DNA of 64,000 nt from Saprolegnia diclina VS20. Taxonomy: Eukaryota. The translations under genes and the position numbers were made by a program. Below are positions 25,755 through 38,897 of this stretch, piece after piece. The DNA is taken from contig NW_008246088.1 of NCBI RefSeq assembly GCF_000281045.1, positions 371,685-435,684 on the forward strand. Reading direction: 5' to 3'. The notes under the pieces were generated by a model. The model was given only the letters and a program-made list of their open reading frames with translations. It made no database searches and was not told the origin of the DNA. The first letter of the stretch is position 1. Each line of letters begins with the position of its first letter.

Positions 25755-26732
25755 ATGCAGCAGGTCATTTCTCGAGTGTCGCTTCGCCGGGCCATGTCGA
25801 CCGCAACGCGCATTGTCCGCTTCCGGGACGAGCATGGCGCCGTGCGCTTGGGCCAGCAGGCCACGCCCAGCAGCGCCACGGCGCAGGTGCTCGCGGCGGA
25901 CAACGTCTTGGGGTCGCTCGCGCTGACGCCCGAGGTCGCGCAGGTGCGCCGGATCCTCGCGCCGGTCCAGCCAACCCAGATCATTGGCATCGGCCTCAAC
26001 TACCGCAACCACGCAAAGGAAACCAACATGCCAATCCCGAACCACCCCGTGGTCTTCTTCAAGAACGTCAACTCGGTGACCGACCCGGAGATGCCGATCG
26101 TGCTGCCGCGCATTGCGAGCGACCCGCTCGAAGTCGACTACGAGTGCGAGCTCGCGGTTGTGCTCAACGCCGACTGCCGCAACGTCTCGGTCGATGACGC
26201 GCTGCGCTACGTCGCGGGCTACACGGTGCGCTTCCCTGGATAGCGACGGCAGCGGCTGATGATGTATTGGTTTCTAGTGTGCCAACGATGTCTCGGCGCG
26301 TCGGTGGCAGGGCGTGCCCAAGGGCGGTGGTCAGTGGTGCCGCGCCAAGTCGTTCGACACGTTTTGCCCGCTCGGGCCGTGCTTGGTGCCGGCGGCGTCG
26401 ATCCCGGACCCGCAAAACCTGCGCATTGAAACCTACTTGAACGGGGCGTGCGTCCAGTCGTCGTCGACGCAAGACATGATCTTCTCTGTCGCGGAGCTCA
26501 TTAGCCAGCTGTCGCAGGACACGACGCTGCCCGCGGGCACGGTCATCCTCACGGGCACGCCCGAGGTACATACTTCGATCCCCGTCTTGTCCCGTTTATC
26601 ACGGCCGTTTTTTAGGGTGTGGGCTTCACGCGCAAGCCGCCACTCTACCTTAAGGCCGGCGACAAGGTCGAGATTCGCATCGAGCACATTGGGTCGCTCG
26701 TCAACCACGTCGTGGGCACCTCGGCGCTCTAA
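25755..26732 (+). CDS. Fumarylacetoacetate hydrolase family protein (FAHD2-like), probable mitochondrial presequence
   Basis: [47 protein letters not shown]. Introns ~26226-26277 and ~26566-26616. Confidence 0.9.
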
Positions 26733-27081
26733 AGAAATCGAATGCATCCATCGTGACGGCCTTTGCATTGCTTTCGCAGAGCTTTCGACAGTTGCAAGTC
26801 CTAGACAGGGCTACCGCATAGAACGCTAGGCACCTACATCGAGCACCTTGGAGGCCGATCCCGTCGCTTTGGCAGTGATAGGCACAGCCTTGGAATGGAC
26901 AACTGTAGCTCAATTCGATTAAGTGTTTGTAGTCTTCGTAGTTTCCATGCGCAGCTGCTGGGATGACCTCGATGCACACCCATCCGTTATTACGAGTCAA
27001 GTCGACAGAATTCGAGAGGTGTCTGTCCAAGTATATTTAGACTGCTAGTAGACTTTCTACCTCTTGAGTTTAAAAGCACCG

Positions 27082-29938
27082 ATGGATGCGAATGACACGG
27101 TTGTCTGTGGCGGTGTCTCGGTCCCGCGTCGCGTTTGCTTGGCGCCAACGACCGCGCTCTGGTCGTGCTGCGGTCTCGGAGGCTACCACCACATTGCGCC
27201 GGCCGCCTTGTGGCTCGTCTTTCTAAGTCTCACGGCGTGTGCGCAAAACCAATTCAACCTCTTCCACGACCTCGACAGCACCGCCGACGAGCTCCACGAT
27301 ATTCAGACCCAAGGTATACACTGTCTCGTCTTGCGTCGAATACAACCTGCCGTAGCGCTCGGCGTCGTCGTCGCGCGTCGGAAGCGCGTCATCTTTGGCA
27401 AGACGTACCGCGACCCGCGACGACTGCTCATGCTCGGGGCCATGTGGAGTGAGCTCTTTGGCTTTAGCTACATGCCCGGCCAGCTCATCATCTACCAGCT
27501 CACGCAGTCGGACGTGGCGGGTCTCGTGTCGGGTCCAGTCCAGTTTGGCTTCTTTGCTGTCTTTTCCAGCTTGCTCTACCTCCTCGAGGGACCGCTGGGC
27601 GCGCGATGGCTGCGCAAGTGCCACCTCAGTCGACCGAAACTCGGCGGCCCGATCCTCTACGACATGTTCTTCATGACGTTTGCGTACACACTCGTTAACG
27701 TGGTCGGCTGCACGAACGGTCTCGACTCGGTGGCATTAGGCAATCACTATACGTGCGCCAGTCCCGAGCGCTACTGGATCGTGTGCAGTCTTGGTCTCGG
27801 CATCTTTGGGTGCTTCTTCTGGGGTTAGGTTTCGAGATTTTACATCCATTGTTATGGGGTGGACTAGGAACGCTCAAGTACAAGAAACAGCTCGCAAGTG
27901 ACGTGTATGCCGTGAGCTTTCGCTTCCAAGCGTCGTTTGATGCGATGATGACGTGTACACGGACGAGTACGACCCTCTCTCATTCTACGATATTAGCATG
28001 ATATGTAGTCTGCGCCTTGACCGTCATTACCGTCGAGAAGGCGCTGCTCAGTCTCGACATGTGGCTCGTCGCAATGCTCTTTGCACTTTTGAATCTGGTT
28101 CATTTTGGCGCGCTGCTTCGCTACAACTACAAGTGCCAGCCGGTACGTCTCTTCCAACTTTGACCTTTTTGACGTCATATTCTGGTCATCTCTAGTGTTT
28201 GGGCGTCGGACTCGTGCCCAACAACTTGCGTGCACTGTCGTTCGCTACGTCGTGCTACACGACACTTGTGCTCCTTATGATTTCAATGCTGCAAATCTCT
28301 CGACATCATGCAGTGGCTGGTACATCCGAGTGGACTGTCTTCTTCGTCGCCATCGGGCTCTACCCGGTGTTTGCAGTCACCGTGTGGCGCTGGAACGGTC
28401 GCCGCGCAGTCCTCTTTCAAGTCCCAGACGTCAGTCTCCTCGAAGGACTACAACACGAGTGCGACCGCGTCCGCGCCGTCGCCTCCGTGCGCGTCACACT
28501 CGAGACCGCCGAGCGCGACACGACATTGCTGCAGTCGATACTACTGGCCTTGGACGCGAGCTTGGCGCGACCCGTCACACCCGAGACCGCGTTTGCGCCG
28601 GCGTATGCGTGCCAGGCCATGTGGTTTCTCTGGTACACGAATTTTGATCTAAGTGACCATGTTGCCGAGAACGAAGCCGAGCCGTTTGTTCCCTTTGGCT
28701 GCTGGGTACGGTCGCCCTCGATACGTTCTAGTTTGACGAGTTTGGCGGCGGTCCCGCCGCGGCGGCGGCTGAGTCTCTCGGGCAGCATGTCGTGGCGTCT
28801 CCAAACCAAATCAGGTAGCTTTGTGCGGCCTTCGCAGCAGCCGGCGTCGCTTGCGCATGCCATCCTTGTCGCCCCCGCACCGCTCGATACGTCCCGAAAA
28901 CCGCGCGGTATGCTCCGTGGCGCGTCCACAGACCAGTTGACGCTTATTCAGCTCGTGGAAAAGGCCACGGACCTCGCGTACGCCGTGTGCATGACCACCC
29001 GCATCGCCGACGACATTGCGATCCGCAATTGCTTTGAACATGCGGTCAAAAAGCTCGGGGAGCTCTGTCGAAGCTCGTGTCGCCGGAGCCGGCTCCTCGC
29101 AAGCAAAGTGCTGCAGGAAATGTACCAAGCTGGCGTCGTCCAGATCAGCCCAACCACGTTCTTTTACGTGGCCGCCAACCTCACCGTCGCATCGTCGTAC
29201 ACCAAGGCCGCGGCGGCTGCTCGCACGCTTGCCCGCTTTGCCAACGACCGCGACGATGCGTGGGTTGGTCGGCACGTAGCGGATGCGATCACGCTACGAC
29301 TTGTCGTCGATGCAATGCACTTGTACCGGCTGGACGGGGACTTTGTGACGAGTCTCCTCACGGTGCTTTTGCAGGGGTTTACGACCTTGGCGGCACTCGG
29401 CACGAAAGGCCCCAACGCCGCCATATACCTCGACCGGTCGCTCGTCGCAGCTCTTCTCGAGCTGCAGAGCCACCCGCTCTCGGCCCTCGCGGCAGCTCGT
29501 CTCGATGACGTTCTCGCCACGTTGCACGAGATCTGGGAAAAGCGCCCGAATCGGCTGCGGCGCATCGTCCGGCAACTGTCCAAGACGCGCATTCTCGTGG
29601 GTAGCATGGCGCGCCCGTCAGACGCGGCGTATACGCTCGTGACAACCACACAGCTCAAGCTCATCCACGACCGGCAGCGCACGCGACATAAGCTGGTGGC
29701 GACGATTCACAGCGTCCTGGCCGAAGGATTTGCTTCAAGTAAGCGTCGGAGCGACCTCTCGGACGCTATGCAAGCCACCATGGCGACGTTGTCGCCGCTG
29801 CTGAGCACGCGAAGCGACTTGCTCTCGTATGTGCACAGTCAGCTCACGACGCCCGAATACTGGTACCTCTGTGACCTCATCGGCCGGCCACGACCACGCA
29901 TCGCCACCGCTGCGACACGTTGCCGTGAAGACCGGTGA
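27082..29938 (+). CDS. Unnamed multi-TM + helical-tail family, copy 1
   Basis: Five exons. WSCC, ELHDIQTQ, DPRR, RFQ, YNYxCQP, PNNLR.LSF.TS.YT, RVRA motifs shared with five other loci in the window. Confidence 0.85.
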
Positions 29939-30560
29939 CCGGACTTCACGGCGGTTTCAAATGACGTGGCATGACCGTTGGCGTGAAAAGGCTGCGCAAG
30001 GAGCTGTCGTCTCATTGATGCGGTCAAAACTTATGTGTGGCTTGCTCGACGCTTTGAGACCTCTGCTTTCGTTGCTGCATCGCACCTTCATGCTGGCGCC
30101 CATTTTAAAATCTTGTTGCAAGCGCAATTGTTATGAGCTTGCTTCAGCTCCTGTACGATGAAGGACCTCCACGCAAGCACGTCGTGACGTTTATCGCGTT
30201 CGGGTGCGACAGTGCGTCGACGTGGCACACGAGGTACCCCGGGAAGACCTCGTGTTGGCGATGGTAGTATCAAAGAGAACCAAGGAATGCCGACCCCACG
30301 ATGCACCTGCAGTATGAACGGAGCCCTTGGAGCGAGCCACAACACCTGCCGCAAGTCGGACAAATAGCACGTGTCGCCATGTGAAATCAGAGTGCTTGGG
30401 ACTTCTATCCATTTTTTGCAGTGAATATATACGCCAATGTATATGCTAGGATGATGATTAGTGGGTGACTCAGTTGCGTAACCAACTGAGCCACCCACTC
30501 ACTATTCATACACCAATTGAATGTTTGTCGTCTCTGATGCAGCAGGACACCTCTGCGGTG

Positions 30561-30945
30561 GCTGCGTGTGCGCGTGAATCGACTTTTTGACTTTGAAATA
30601 ATGTTTCTAGTGTCGTTCTAGATTATTATTGAGAGAGACGCAGGGAGCCCAAAAACCCAAGAATGGTGCTCGTAGCGTACATATAGCGTGTGCTATGTGC
30701 CGTTCAAGTTACTCCATCGAGAACAGTATCCGTGTATCAATGTATCAGTTTCCAAACTTAAACGGCACATAGCACACGCTGTAGGTATGCTATGAGCACC
30801 ATTCGTGGGTTTTTGAGCTCCCTGCGTCACTTTCTATCCAAAACAAATGAAACAAGTGACTTCGTTAAAAAGCTGAAAAGTCGATTCACGCGCTCACGCA
30901 GCTGCTTGGCACGCAAATTGTCCGGATAAAAATGTTCGGATAAAG
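30561..30945. mobile_element. Foldback/MITE-like long imperfect inverted repeat
   Basis: gctgcgtgtgcgcgtgaatcgactttt (30561) pairs with aaaagtcgattcacgcgctcacgcagc (to 30902). Inner arms ~30637-30710 and ~30755-30828. TCCGGATAA motif follows at ~30921. Confidence 0.65.
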
Positions 30946-30978
30946 TCTAATGGATCAACCAAGTGCTTTGCGCGAGCT

Positions 30979-33900
30979 TCAGCAATGATGGTACTCACGA
31001 GAGACGTTTACCATACTTGTACGACAACACCTTAAGGCACGTAGTCTCTTTAATCGTTGTCGCGCTGCGTTTTCTATGGAGCATTTTGATGTCGGTGACG
31101 TGGCAGCGTCACCAATAGTGCGACGGGCAGCAGGCGGCGCCATGCCGTCACAATGGCCAGCATCAAGTGTCGGCGGGTGCGGGCCTCGTGCAGCAGTTGA
31201 GCGCTTTGTCGATACGCTTGCGACCCGGCTCGCATCGCTGGCCGACTGCCGTAATCGTTCTCGAGGACCACCCACAGCTGTCGATGCCACTGCGCATGCA
31301 ATTTTCGTTGCTCGACAAATCGCCGCCATCGACTCCAAACTCCGTGCTTTGATTTTCGCAGCGCCCGTCGACGGCACTGGGCAAGGAGCGCCGTTCGCTG
31401 CCACGTCACGAGCAAGATAGTGAGGTGGCGGTGCTCGCGCTTGTGCTGCATCACCCGAACGGCTTGGCGCACGCACGTGTGCGATATCCAGCGACCAAAG
31501 ACGACCTGGCGCCGACGACGCTGGCTACGCGCGATGAGCTGCGCAACACTGGCACGACGGTGCCAACGATGCAGGATCATCATAAGCTTGGTTTGCCACC
31601 GCCGCTGCGCGTGGTACTGACCAAGCATTCGTGACGTGAGCACTTGGTACCAGCCGTGCAGGACGCGCGCACAGGTATGGTCCCACCGCGCTTGCACCAA
31701 CCGGTGAATACGCCGCGTGCGTGCGATGGTCGCACGCCAATGCGACCAATCTAAGAGAGATGTGTTAGTAAAAGCTCGTATGCTGGATCACAGACGGGCC
31801 GCCAAGGAGAGCCGGTCGTAGGCCACGGCGAGCTGGACGCGGCACGCTAGTACGTAGCGTGTCTGGTCGTACCAGGCAGTGAAGAGTCGACCAAGACGTC
31901 GGGTTTGATGCAAACGCGCGAGATGATGGGCGTTGGTGACGCGCTGCCAATTCCGAAACCAGACATGCTGACGGAGTCGCGTCACGGCCATGACACGAAA
32001 GGTGCTCGTGCGGCGGTACCGATACCACAGGTGCCAGTGTTGCCACATGCGCAAGAGGCAGCGGGTAACTGCAAACTGCCGAGCGCAGTGAAATTGCTGT
32101 TGTTCGCGCTTTCGGAGAGCCGTCGCGTGTCGCCATGAGGCCCACGCCATTCCAAGGACATGCTTGCTGCAGTGGGCGTCCGCAAGCAGCCACCGCACGC
32201 GACGTTGCTACAGAACACACCGGATCCTGTTCGATCTAGCACACAAGAAGGAGTATACCTGCTTTTCGCGAAGCATACAGAGCCATCGCCCAAGGCCGTT
32301 TGCAAGCCGGTGCCGGACATACTGGCGCGTACTAAGGCCTTCCTGGTGGTGTTGGCGGTGCGCACGAAGGTGTCCAAGTCGCCATTGGCACCACCCGCGG
32401 CGGATGCGCCAGTGCTGCATATGAAACAAAGCTTGCCGAGCTCGTCGGCGCGTATTGGTGAGTTCGGACACTAATCGTTGCCACGCCGCAAAGCTCCGCC
32501 GCAAGCTGCCGCGACTCACGGCAACCTGGAGGCGGCTCAGGTACGCATGCGCAGAGAGCTTTTGGATCGCAATGCGGCAGTGAAAGCCGAGGTAATGGCG
32601 CGTGCTGCGTGCAAGCCAAAGACGCTGCGCTACCTTGGCCGCGTGGTACCGCAGCCACCGGCGCCACGCCCGACACTTGCGGTGTTTAGAGGCCATATCC
32701 AGAGCTTGATCCACCAGTGTTCGCGCCTCGTGCTGTAAAAGGCAATAGCGGTGCCACTGCCGCCATAGCCCACGAAGCGCATCGCGCAAGACGTGAAGGT
32801 GAGCGTCGTGCGCTGCCCGGCGCTGGTGCCATGCTTGCCGCCAGTGCACCCAGGCCTTGCGTCGCTGCGCCTTCTGGCAGACGGCGGTCGCCGGAGATAA
32901 CGTCGCTTCAAGCTCGTCGCGGTGCTTCTGCCATCGACACCAGACTTGACGTGTTTGCCGGTGGCGCCACGTAGTGTGCAATGAAGCAACGCCACTCGCC
33001 AAGAACCGACGTCGGTCGACATGATCGCTCCACGCACCAAAATGGGTTCGCAGCAGCCACGACGCGTGCAGCCGCGTGTCGAGACAGCGTTGCCACTAGA
33101 CACAACTCATTACGTAGCAGCATCAGAACTTGTAGTCGGTGTACGTGTCGGCGCTGCGCAGCCCATAGTTGCCAGTTGACAAACTGACGCAGTAGCCGGG
33201 CGCGTGTGTGGTGTTGCATCAGAGCCGCGATCGCCTGTCGTCGGTCGGAAATGACTCGATAGCGCTATGTCAAGGTAACACAGTTGTAGCGCGATGGGAA
33301 CCTACCGATCGCCAGGTCCCCCACGTGCTGCGCGCTCGCTGACGCTCCCCGTGCAGAGCACATTGCAGCGCTTGGTTTCGCGCATGGTGCCGGCAAGCGA
33401 CCCAGCACCGCCATACCCTGAGCACACGGTCTTGCGCCTGTCGGACGCGTCGAGATTGAAAACAGTCGATGGAGCGACGGCGACTGCACAGTTGAGCCGT
33501 GGCGGTGCGCCATTGATGCAGTGTGGTTTGGAGGATGCTCTTAAGGCGTGCGTTCTCGAACAGGTGCACGACCGAGGAGATGTACATTTGCCGTCTAACG
33601 AGCACGCGCCACGCCTGCAGCATGTGCCGACACTGCCGCCACAAGCGTGCGTCGTTCCAGGCACGGGCGCGTCGGGCGATGCGACAGACGCACTGCCACG
33701 CCTTCAGCATAGCTCGACGCTGGTGGAATCGATGGTGCGCCTCAATGGTGGCCGCGCGAAGTGCCTGGACCGCGACAGCATCGAGCGTCCAGCTGCGCCA
33801 CTGAAAGACGGCCACGGGCAGCTGCCGCGACAGGCGGCGTCGGTGGTGCGCGACCGCTCTCATGCGCGACACTTGCTGCAGCTGCTGGGCAACGCAGTGC

Positions 33901-35540
33901 CCGTACCAGTGGTGCAGGATCCGGCGGTGTCGAGTTGTCGCCGCTTTGTGCTGTAGCCACTGCCCGATTTCGACAAGCTCCTACCATGCGCATCAGATAC
34001 GACGTGGAGGTGTGCTGGCGCAATGACCTGCTTCCGAACAAGGCGCTGACGCCACGCAGTGAAATGACGCGCTCGACATCGCAGTAGATGCTGCTCCAAC
34101 GCACGCTCTGCCTCGACGCGCCGGCTGTACAAGACCCAGCATAGCGTGCCCCACCGACGAAAGCATGAAGTTTGCAGCGATCGAGCTGCGTGCTGCGTGG
34201 CGACGTGCAAGAGCAGGCGTGATGAAAAGCACGAGCGCCAGCTGCGCCACCATACAAGCTTGCGGCGCTGGAGCTGGGCGGAAAGAACGAGCGAAGCTTG
34301 GTGTGCAACGTACCGGCGGGCGTGGTGCCGCTCGCGCCAGCGCGCAATACCTTGGCGCAGACGCAGCGAGAGCAGTGCGATAATCTGAGCTTCTTTGCGC
34401 GCCATCAGCTGCCGCCAGGCCAACATGGCCGTGCGCTTGATCGACCGCAAGTGCAAGCGCTAAAAAAGCGTCACGAGAGACGATGGTGCGAGGTCGCATA
34501 CGTGGCAAAGCTGGTGGATGGCGTCCCAAGAGGTAACGTACTCGCGCCAGTGGTGCCAAACGCGCTGTCGTAAGCGCATCGCGTGATGGGAGCGTGCCAC
34601 GCGGTGTCGACGACGGCTCGATTGCTACGTTGCCAGCTTGAGTTTGCACAAGAAGAGTATATGGGTGGCATACCCGATTTGCGACAAGGATGCGCCATCG
34701 TCGGAACCGATCGCGCAGCTGCCGGCGCCGACGCTCCTGACGCGCTCTAACGTTTTGCCGACGCCGGTCGTGGGCATGACACCAAGCACGAAAGCTAGTT
34801 CGAACCAAGTGCAGGACGCGCCGCTCTCGCCAGGAGGCCGAACGCGCAGCCTGTTGGTGAGATGCTCGCGTCCAAGCGTGCCACGTGGAGAGCTGTTGCT
34901 GCAGGCGCCAATAGCCCATGTACCGACAAATCCGTTGGTGGTTTTGATGGACGCTGCAACCACGCTTCCAGCGTCGCCAGAGCGCTCGGAGATGCCACTC
35001 GCGCGCGATTGCGAGCTGCAGCGACCGTGTTTGCCATGCACGGAGACGCTGGTGCCAGTGCTGCCACGACGCTTTCTTGACGGCGAGTTGACGATGCAAG
35101 GCAAGCTGTCTCAAGTGGCACTCGACGAAGAGACGTCGACGCCATGCATACCAAGCGGTTCGAGTTTGCGTGGCCGTGAGCTGGTTGGAAAGGGCGGTCA
35201 AGGACGCGTGGACACGGACCTGCTTGCGTCGTCGGCTCGCCACGTACGCCCGCCAGTGACACCAGCTGCAAAGAGCGCGGCGTTGCGTCATCCAAGTGAC
35301 ATTCTTTTGCATGCGGCGTCGGAGCCGCACACGGCCTTTCCAGGCACGCCAGACAGCAAGTGCCAGCAGCTTCTCGTCGCGCCCCCAGTGTACGGCGACG
35401 ATGCGCTTGGGTGAATTTGGTGACCACAACTCGGTAGCGTGGAACGATAGGACCTTGGAGCAACCAACTTCGTTGACGGGCGACGCCGCCACGAAGAGCT
35501 GGTCAAAATACCGCCAGTCGCAGCGCTCAAGCCGCAGCAT
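30979..35540 (-). CDS. Sfi1-like centrin-binding repeat protein (multi-exon)
   Basis: Many ~23-33-aa R/H-rich repeats ending in F/L..W(R), e.g. LRDRFRRW, MLQAWR, LRRSFAAW. The 3' end is uncertain. Confidence 0.75.
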
Positions 35541-35620
35541 GCGTCGCCTGGATCTTGTGCAGGCACCGAACTGATTGGCTCTTTCACAACCTCTGGGAAA
35601 GCATACATATGCCTTTCTTA

Positions 35621-36043
35621 TATTATCCAGTTCATTATCCGGACAAGTGCACCGCAGATGTGAGAGCGGTGGGCGAGTTTGGCAGACTTTGAAGAAAATT
35701 ATAACGTCGCTTGTTTCAGTATCGTCGTATTGTACGTCGCTTGGGGAGCTTAATAACCCAACTTTGGTGGCCATTGCGTCGATATAGCGTGCTAGAATGG
35801 ACTTGTAAGAAGTTGATACACACTTGATACTGTATCGATTTTGCTCGCATCAATTGCTTGCGAGTCCATTCCAGCACGCTGCATCGACGCAATGGCCACC
35901 AAAGTTGGGTTTTTACGCTCCCCAAGCGATGTACAATACGACGATACTGAAACAAGCGACGTTATAATTTTCTTCGAAATCGGCCAAACTCGCCCACCGT
36001 TCACGTCTGCGTCGCACTTGTCCGGATAACGACCCGGATAATA
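35621..36043. mobile_element. Foldback/MITE-like element (family A, copy 1), ~190-bp inverted arms
   Basis: ttatccggacaagtgc...gcacttgtccggataa ends. Arms pair along their length (ttgtttcagtatcgtcgtattgtac / gtacaatacgacgatactgaaacaa). Second copy at 40474. Confidence 0.8.
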
Positions 36044-36084
36044 ATCAGAAATGCTGACAAAAACAACATTGGATCGCATTGATG

Positions 36085-38897
36085 TTAGGATGGAAGTTTG
36101 TCGTCCTGCGGCTGGTAGATAACCGACCCGAGGAGGCCACCGAGGTACCAGCGCTGCGGCTCGGAGAGGTTACTCTCCAAATACGCGATGAGGTCATTGT
36201 CGCGGGACGCGATGAGCGACGAGACAGACTCGAGGACCCGGCGCGTCTTGAGCGAGAGCTCGGTGTGCTGTTTCTGGCTCGGATACCCTTCGGCAAGCAC
36301 CCACTGGACAGACGCGAGCACGTCCACGCGCGTGCGCTGGCGCTCCAGCACGATGTTGTAGTCGTGCATCTCCATGAGCGTGTTTTCCCAAGGTTGTGGC
36401 ATCACTGCGCTGGCCGACTGCCGCCGCGCCGCGTGGTGCTTGCAGCACTGTCGCATGACGACGAGTACGTGGTCAATCATGCCGAAAATGAGGTGTTCTT
36501 TCCAGCGGCCTTGGACCTGCACGAGGTACTCGACCGCGGCTTTGCTCAAATAGCGGTCGGGCGGCGGCACAACAATGTCGGAGCTTTGTGTGTCGTTGAC
36601 CATGCACAGTGTAAGTGCATCAGAGAGTAGCCGCAGCAGCATGACGCTGACTTCGACTTCCCATTCGCTCGTCGCCATGGCTTGCGTCACATGAAGCACG
36701 TTGAGGTGGTCGGTGAACGCCACAAGCAAGAGCCGCTTGCGCTCGGCGCCGTCGCCTTCGTTCAGGAGCCGCCGCAGTGTCTCGGCCGCAGCATCGGCAT
36801 CTGCGAGGCGAGGTGACGACACCAACCGCGTGATCGCCACAAACGCGATCGAGTCTTTCGTGAGCTGGAGCACGCGGCACTTGTACATTTCAAAGAGAAT
36901 CTTGGCCGCAATGAAGCGCGCTTTGGCGTACCGACTCCGGACGAGTGACGCAAGCACGGCGACGGCGTAGGTCGCACACCGGTGCATGCCAGCGTCAAAA
37001 GCAATGGGTGCAAAAATCCCCATGATACCGTTCCGACACGTAAGTTGCTCGGCGAGGCGCCCAAGGCTCATGCGTCGCGAGCCCACGATCGAGAGCCGCG
37101 AAACGCGAGCGTCAGAGGTTCGATGCGTGGTCCTTCGGGTCGTGGCACCCGACGCTAATGCGTGTACGGTTGGCTGGAGAAGGGCCAGTGTCGGGCCCGA
37201 TTCGCGGCTGTGCGCCCAGCACCCAAACTTCCAGCCCGCCGCCGGTCGCTTTGGCGTCTCGAGAAAAGGCTCGTTGCGCTCGAACCGATGGCGCCACAAG
37301 TGCCATAACGCCTGACATGAGTACGCTGCGACGCACCCATCTTCAGCGTCGGGCGCCGCTTGCAGCGTTGCATGCAGTGCGAGCATCTGCGCACGAATCT
37401 CCACAGGGTCAAGAACAACGTCTTCGAGTACCATGCTCACGGCGGCAACGGCGCGGACGCGGGTGTTACTGTGTCGCAGCAGTTCCAAAAGAGATGCGTC
37501 GGGCACTTGGTAGCGCAGCGCGGCGGTGCAGTTCCAGCGCCAGACAACAATAGCCAGAGGCGCGTAGCAGACGGCAGCGACACTCAAAAAGAGGCTTTCG
37601 TGGGTCGTCCATTCGTTTCCGACCGTACTCAGTTGCATGATGGAAACAACAAGTAAGAGCGTGCCCGAGTAGCAAGCGCTCGCAAACGAAAGACTACGCA
37701 GGTTGTTGGGGAGGTACCCGACCCCTAAACACTACCCACGGTGTTTCGAGGCACTGCAGCGACAAAGTGGCGTACCGGCTGATGGATGTAGTTGTAGTAA
37801 AGCAAAGTTGCAAAGATGAACACGTGCACAATGCTGACGCTGACCGAGACAATGAGCGCATCGAGCTCGAGCATGGCTTTTTCGACGGCGTAGAAACCGA
37901 GGACCCCAGCTACAGCCCGCTTCTTAGTATCGTATCGCGGAAGGACGATATTAGGGTCATTGTACCGGTGCGCATGACTGTCATAACACCATTGAACGAC
38001 GCGTGGTAGCGGAACTGAACGGAGAAGATGTCGTCGCTCAGCCGCCGCTTGTACTCGAGCGTACCTACCTCAAGTCAGAGTCTGCCCATCGTGAGATATT
38101 GCCTACCATAGTAGAAGGCGATAAAAAGCAGAGTCCCAAATGTTGGGAAGAGCCAAAACCGTGACGTGTTGGCGCAACTCGTGCCGTCCGGTAGTCGGAT
38201 ATTGTCGGCGCCGTTCCAGCAGCCACCAACATCGACGACGCCGTAGAGAACTGTCGTATAACAGACATCGTAGAGCAGCGGCGCGAGGAGCTTGTCCCGG
38301 GCACTGGTCCACGACCGCGGCCAGCAGCGCGGTGGCCACGCCTCGAGCAACACAAGCAACATCGCACCCAGGATGCATTTTGCCCACTGCAGTTCGCCTG
38401 AAAATTGGCCCACGAACGACCCGCTGTTGAAGAATTGATACAAAAGCAGCTGGCCAGGAATGTAGCTAAAGCCCACGACTTCGTACGCCATCGAAATGAG
38501 GAGGAGAACACGGCGCGGGTCGCGTCGCATTTTGCCAAAAATCACACGTTTCTGGCGCGCGACGACCACCCCAAGCGCTAAATAAGAACAGTTGGATCAC
38601 ATGTCGCCACTAAGTGCTAATACCTTGTGTCCGAATGTCGTGCAGTGCATGGACGCCAAGCACAAGATCGCCGAAAAGGCCCGTGCGCAGGTGGTACCAA
38701 AGCGTGACGCAGCCAAAGCTCAGCCAAAGCGCGATCGGAAACACGTGATTGTAGCTCTTGTGGCCACAGCAGTCCCACGTCCCGCTGTGCGGTGCGGCGC
38801 AGAGTGCGGTCCAGTTGACGCCGGCCGCGCGCGAGACGCACAGCGCCGACAAGCACGCTGCGTCATCGCATGGCATCGAGGCATTCCGCAGCGCCAT
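36085..38897 (-). CDS. Unnamed multi-TM + helical-tail family, copy 2
   Basis: WDCC, LHDIRTQ, DPRR, PNNLRSLSF, RVRAVAAVS. Same intron positions as copy 1. Confidence 0.85.

Noticed and set aside
26721..26732. C-terminal SAL of the FAH protein as a peroxisomal PTS1
   Set aside because: Non-canonical tripeptide, and the N-terminus looks mitochondrial. Too weak to report.
27999..28001. In-frame TGA in family copy 1 as a selenocysteine codon (SBP2 is nearby)
   Set aside because: It lies in intron 27967-28008. Splicing gives RT-ICALTVITVEK, colinear with RT-ACCLGFYTMQK in copy 5.
35541..35774. N-terminal extension of ORF 33993-35774
   Set aside because: It runs through the foldback element and a CCAAT motif. 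The ATG at 35540 is the more plausible start.
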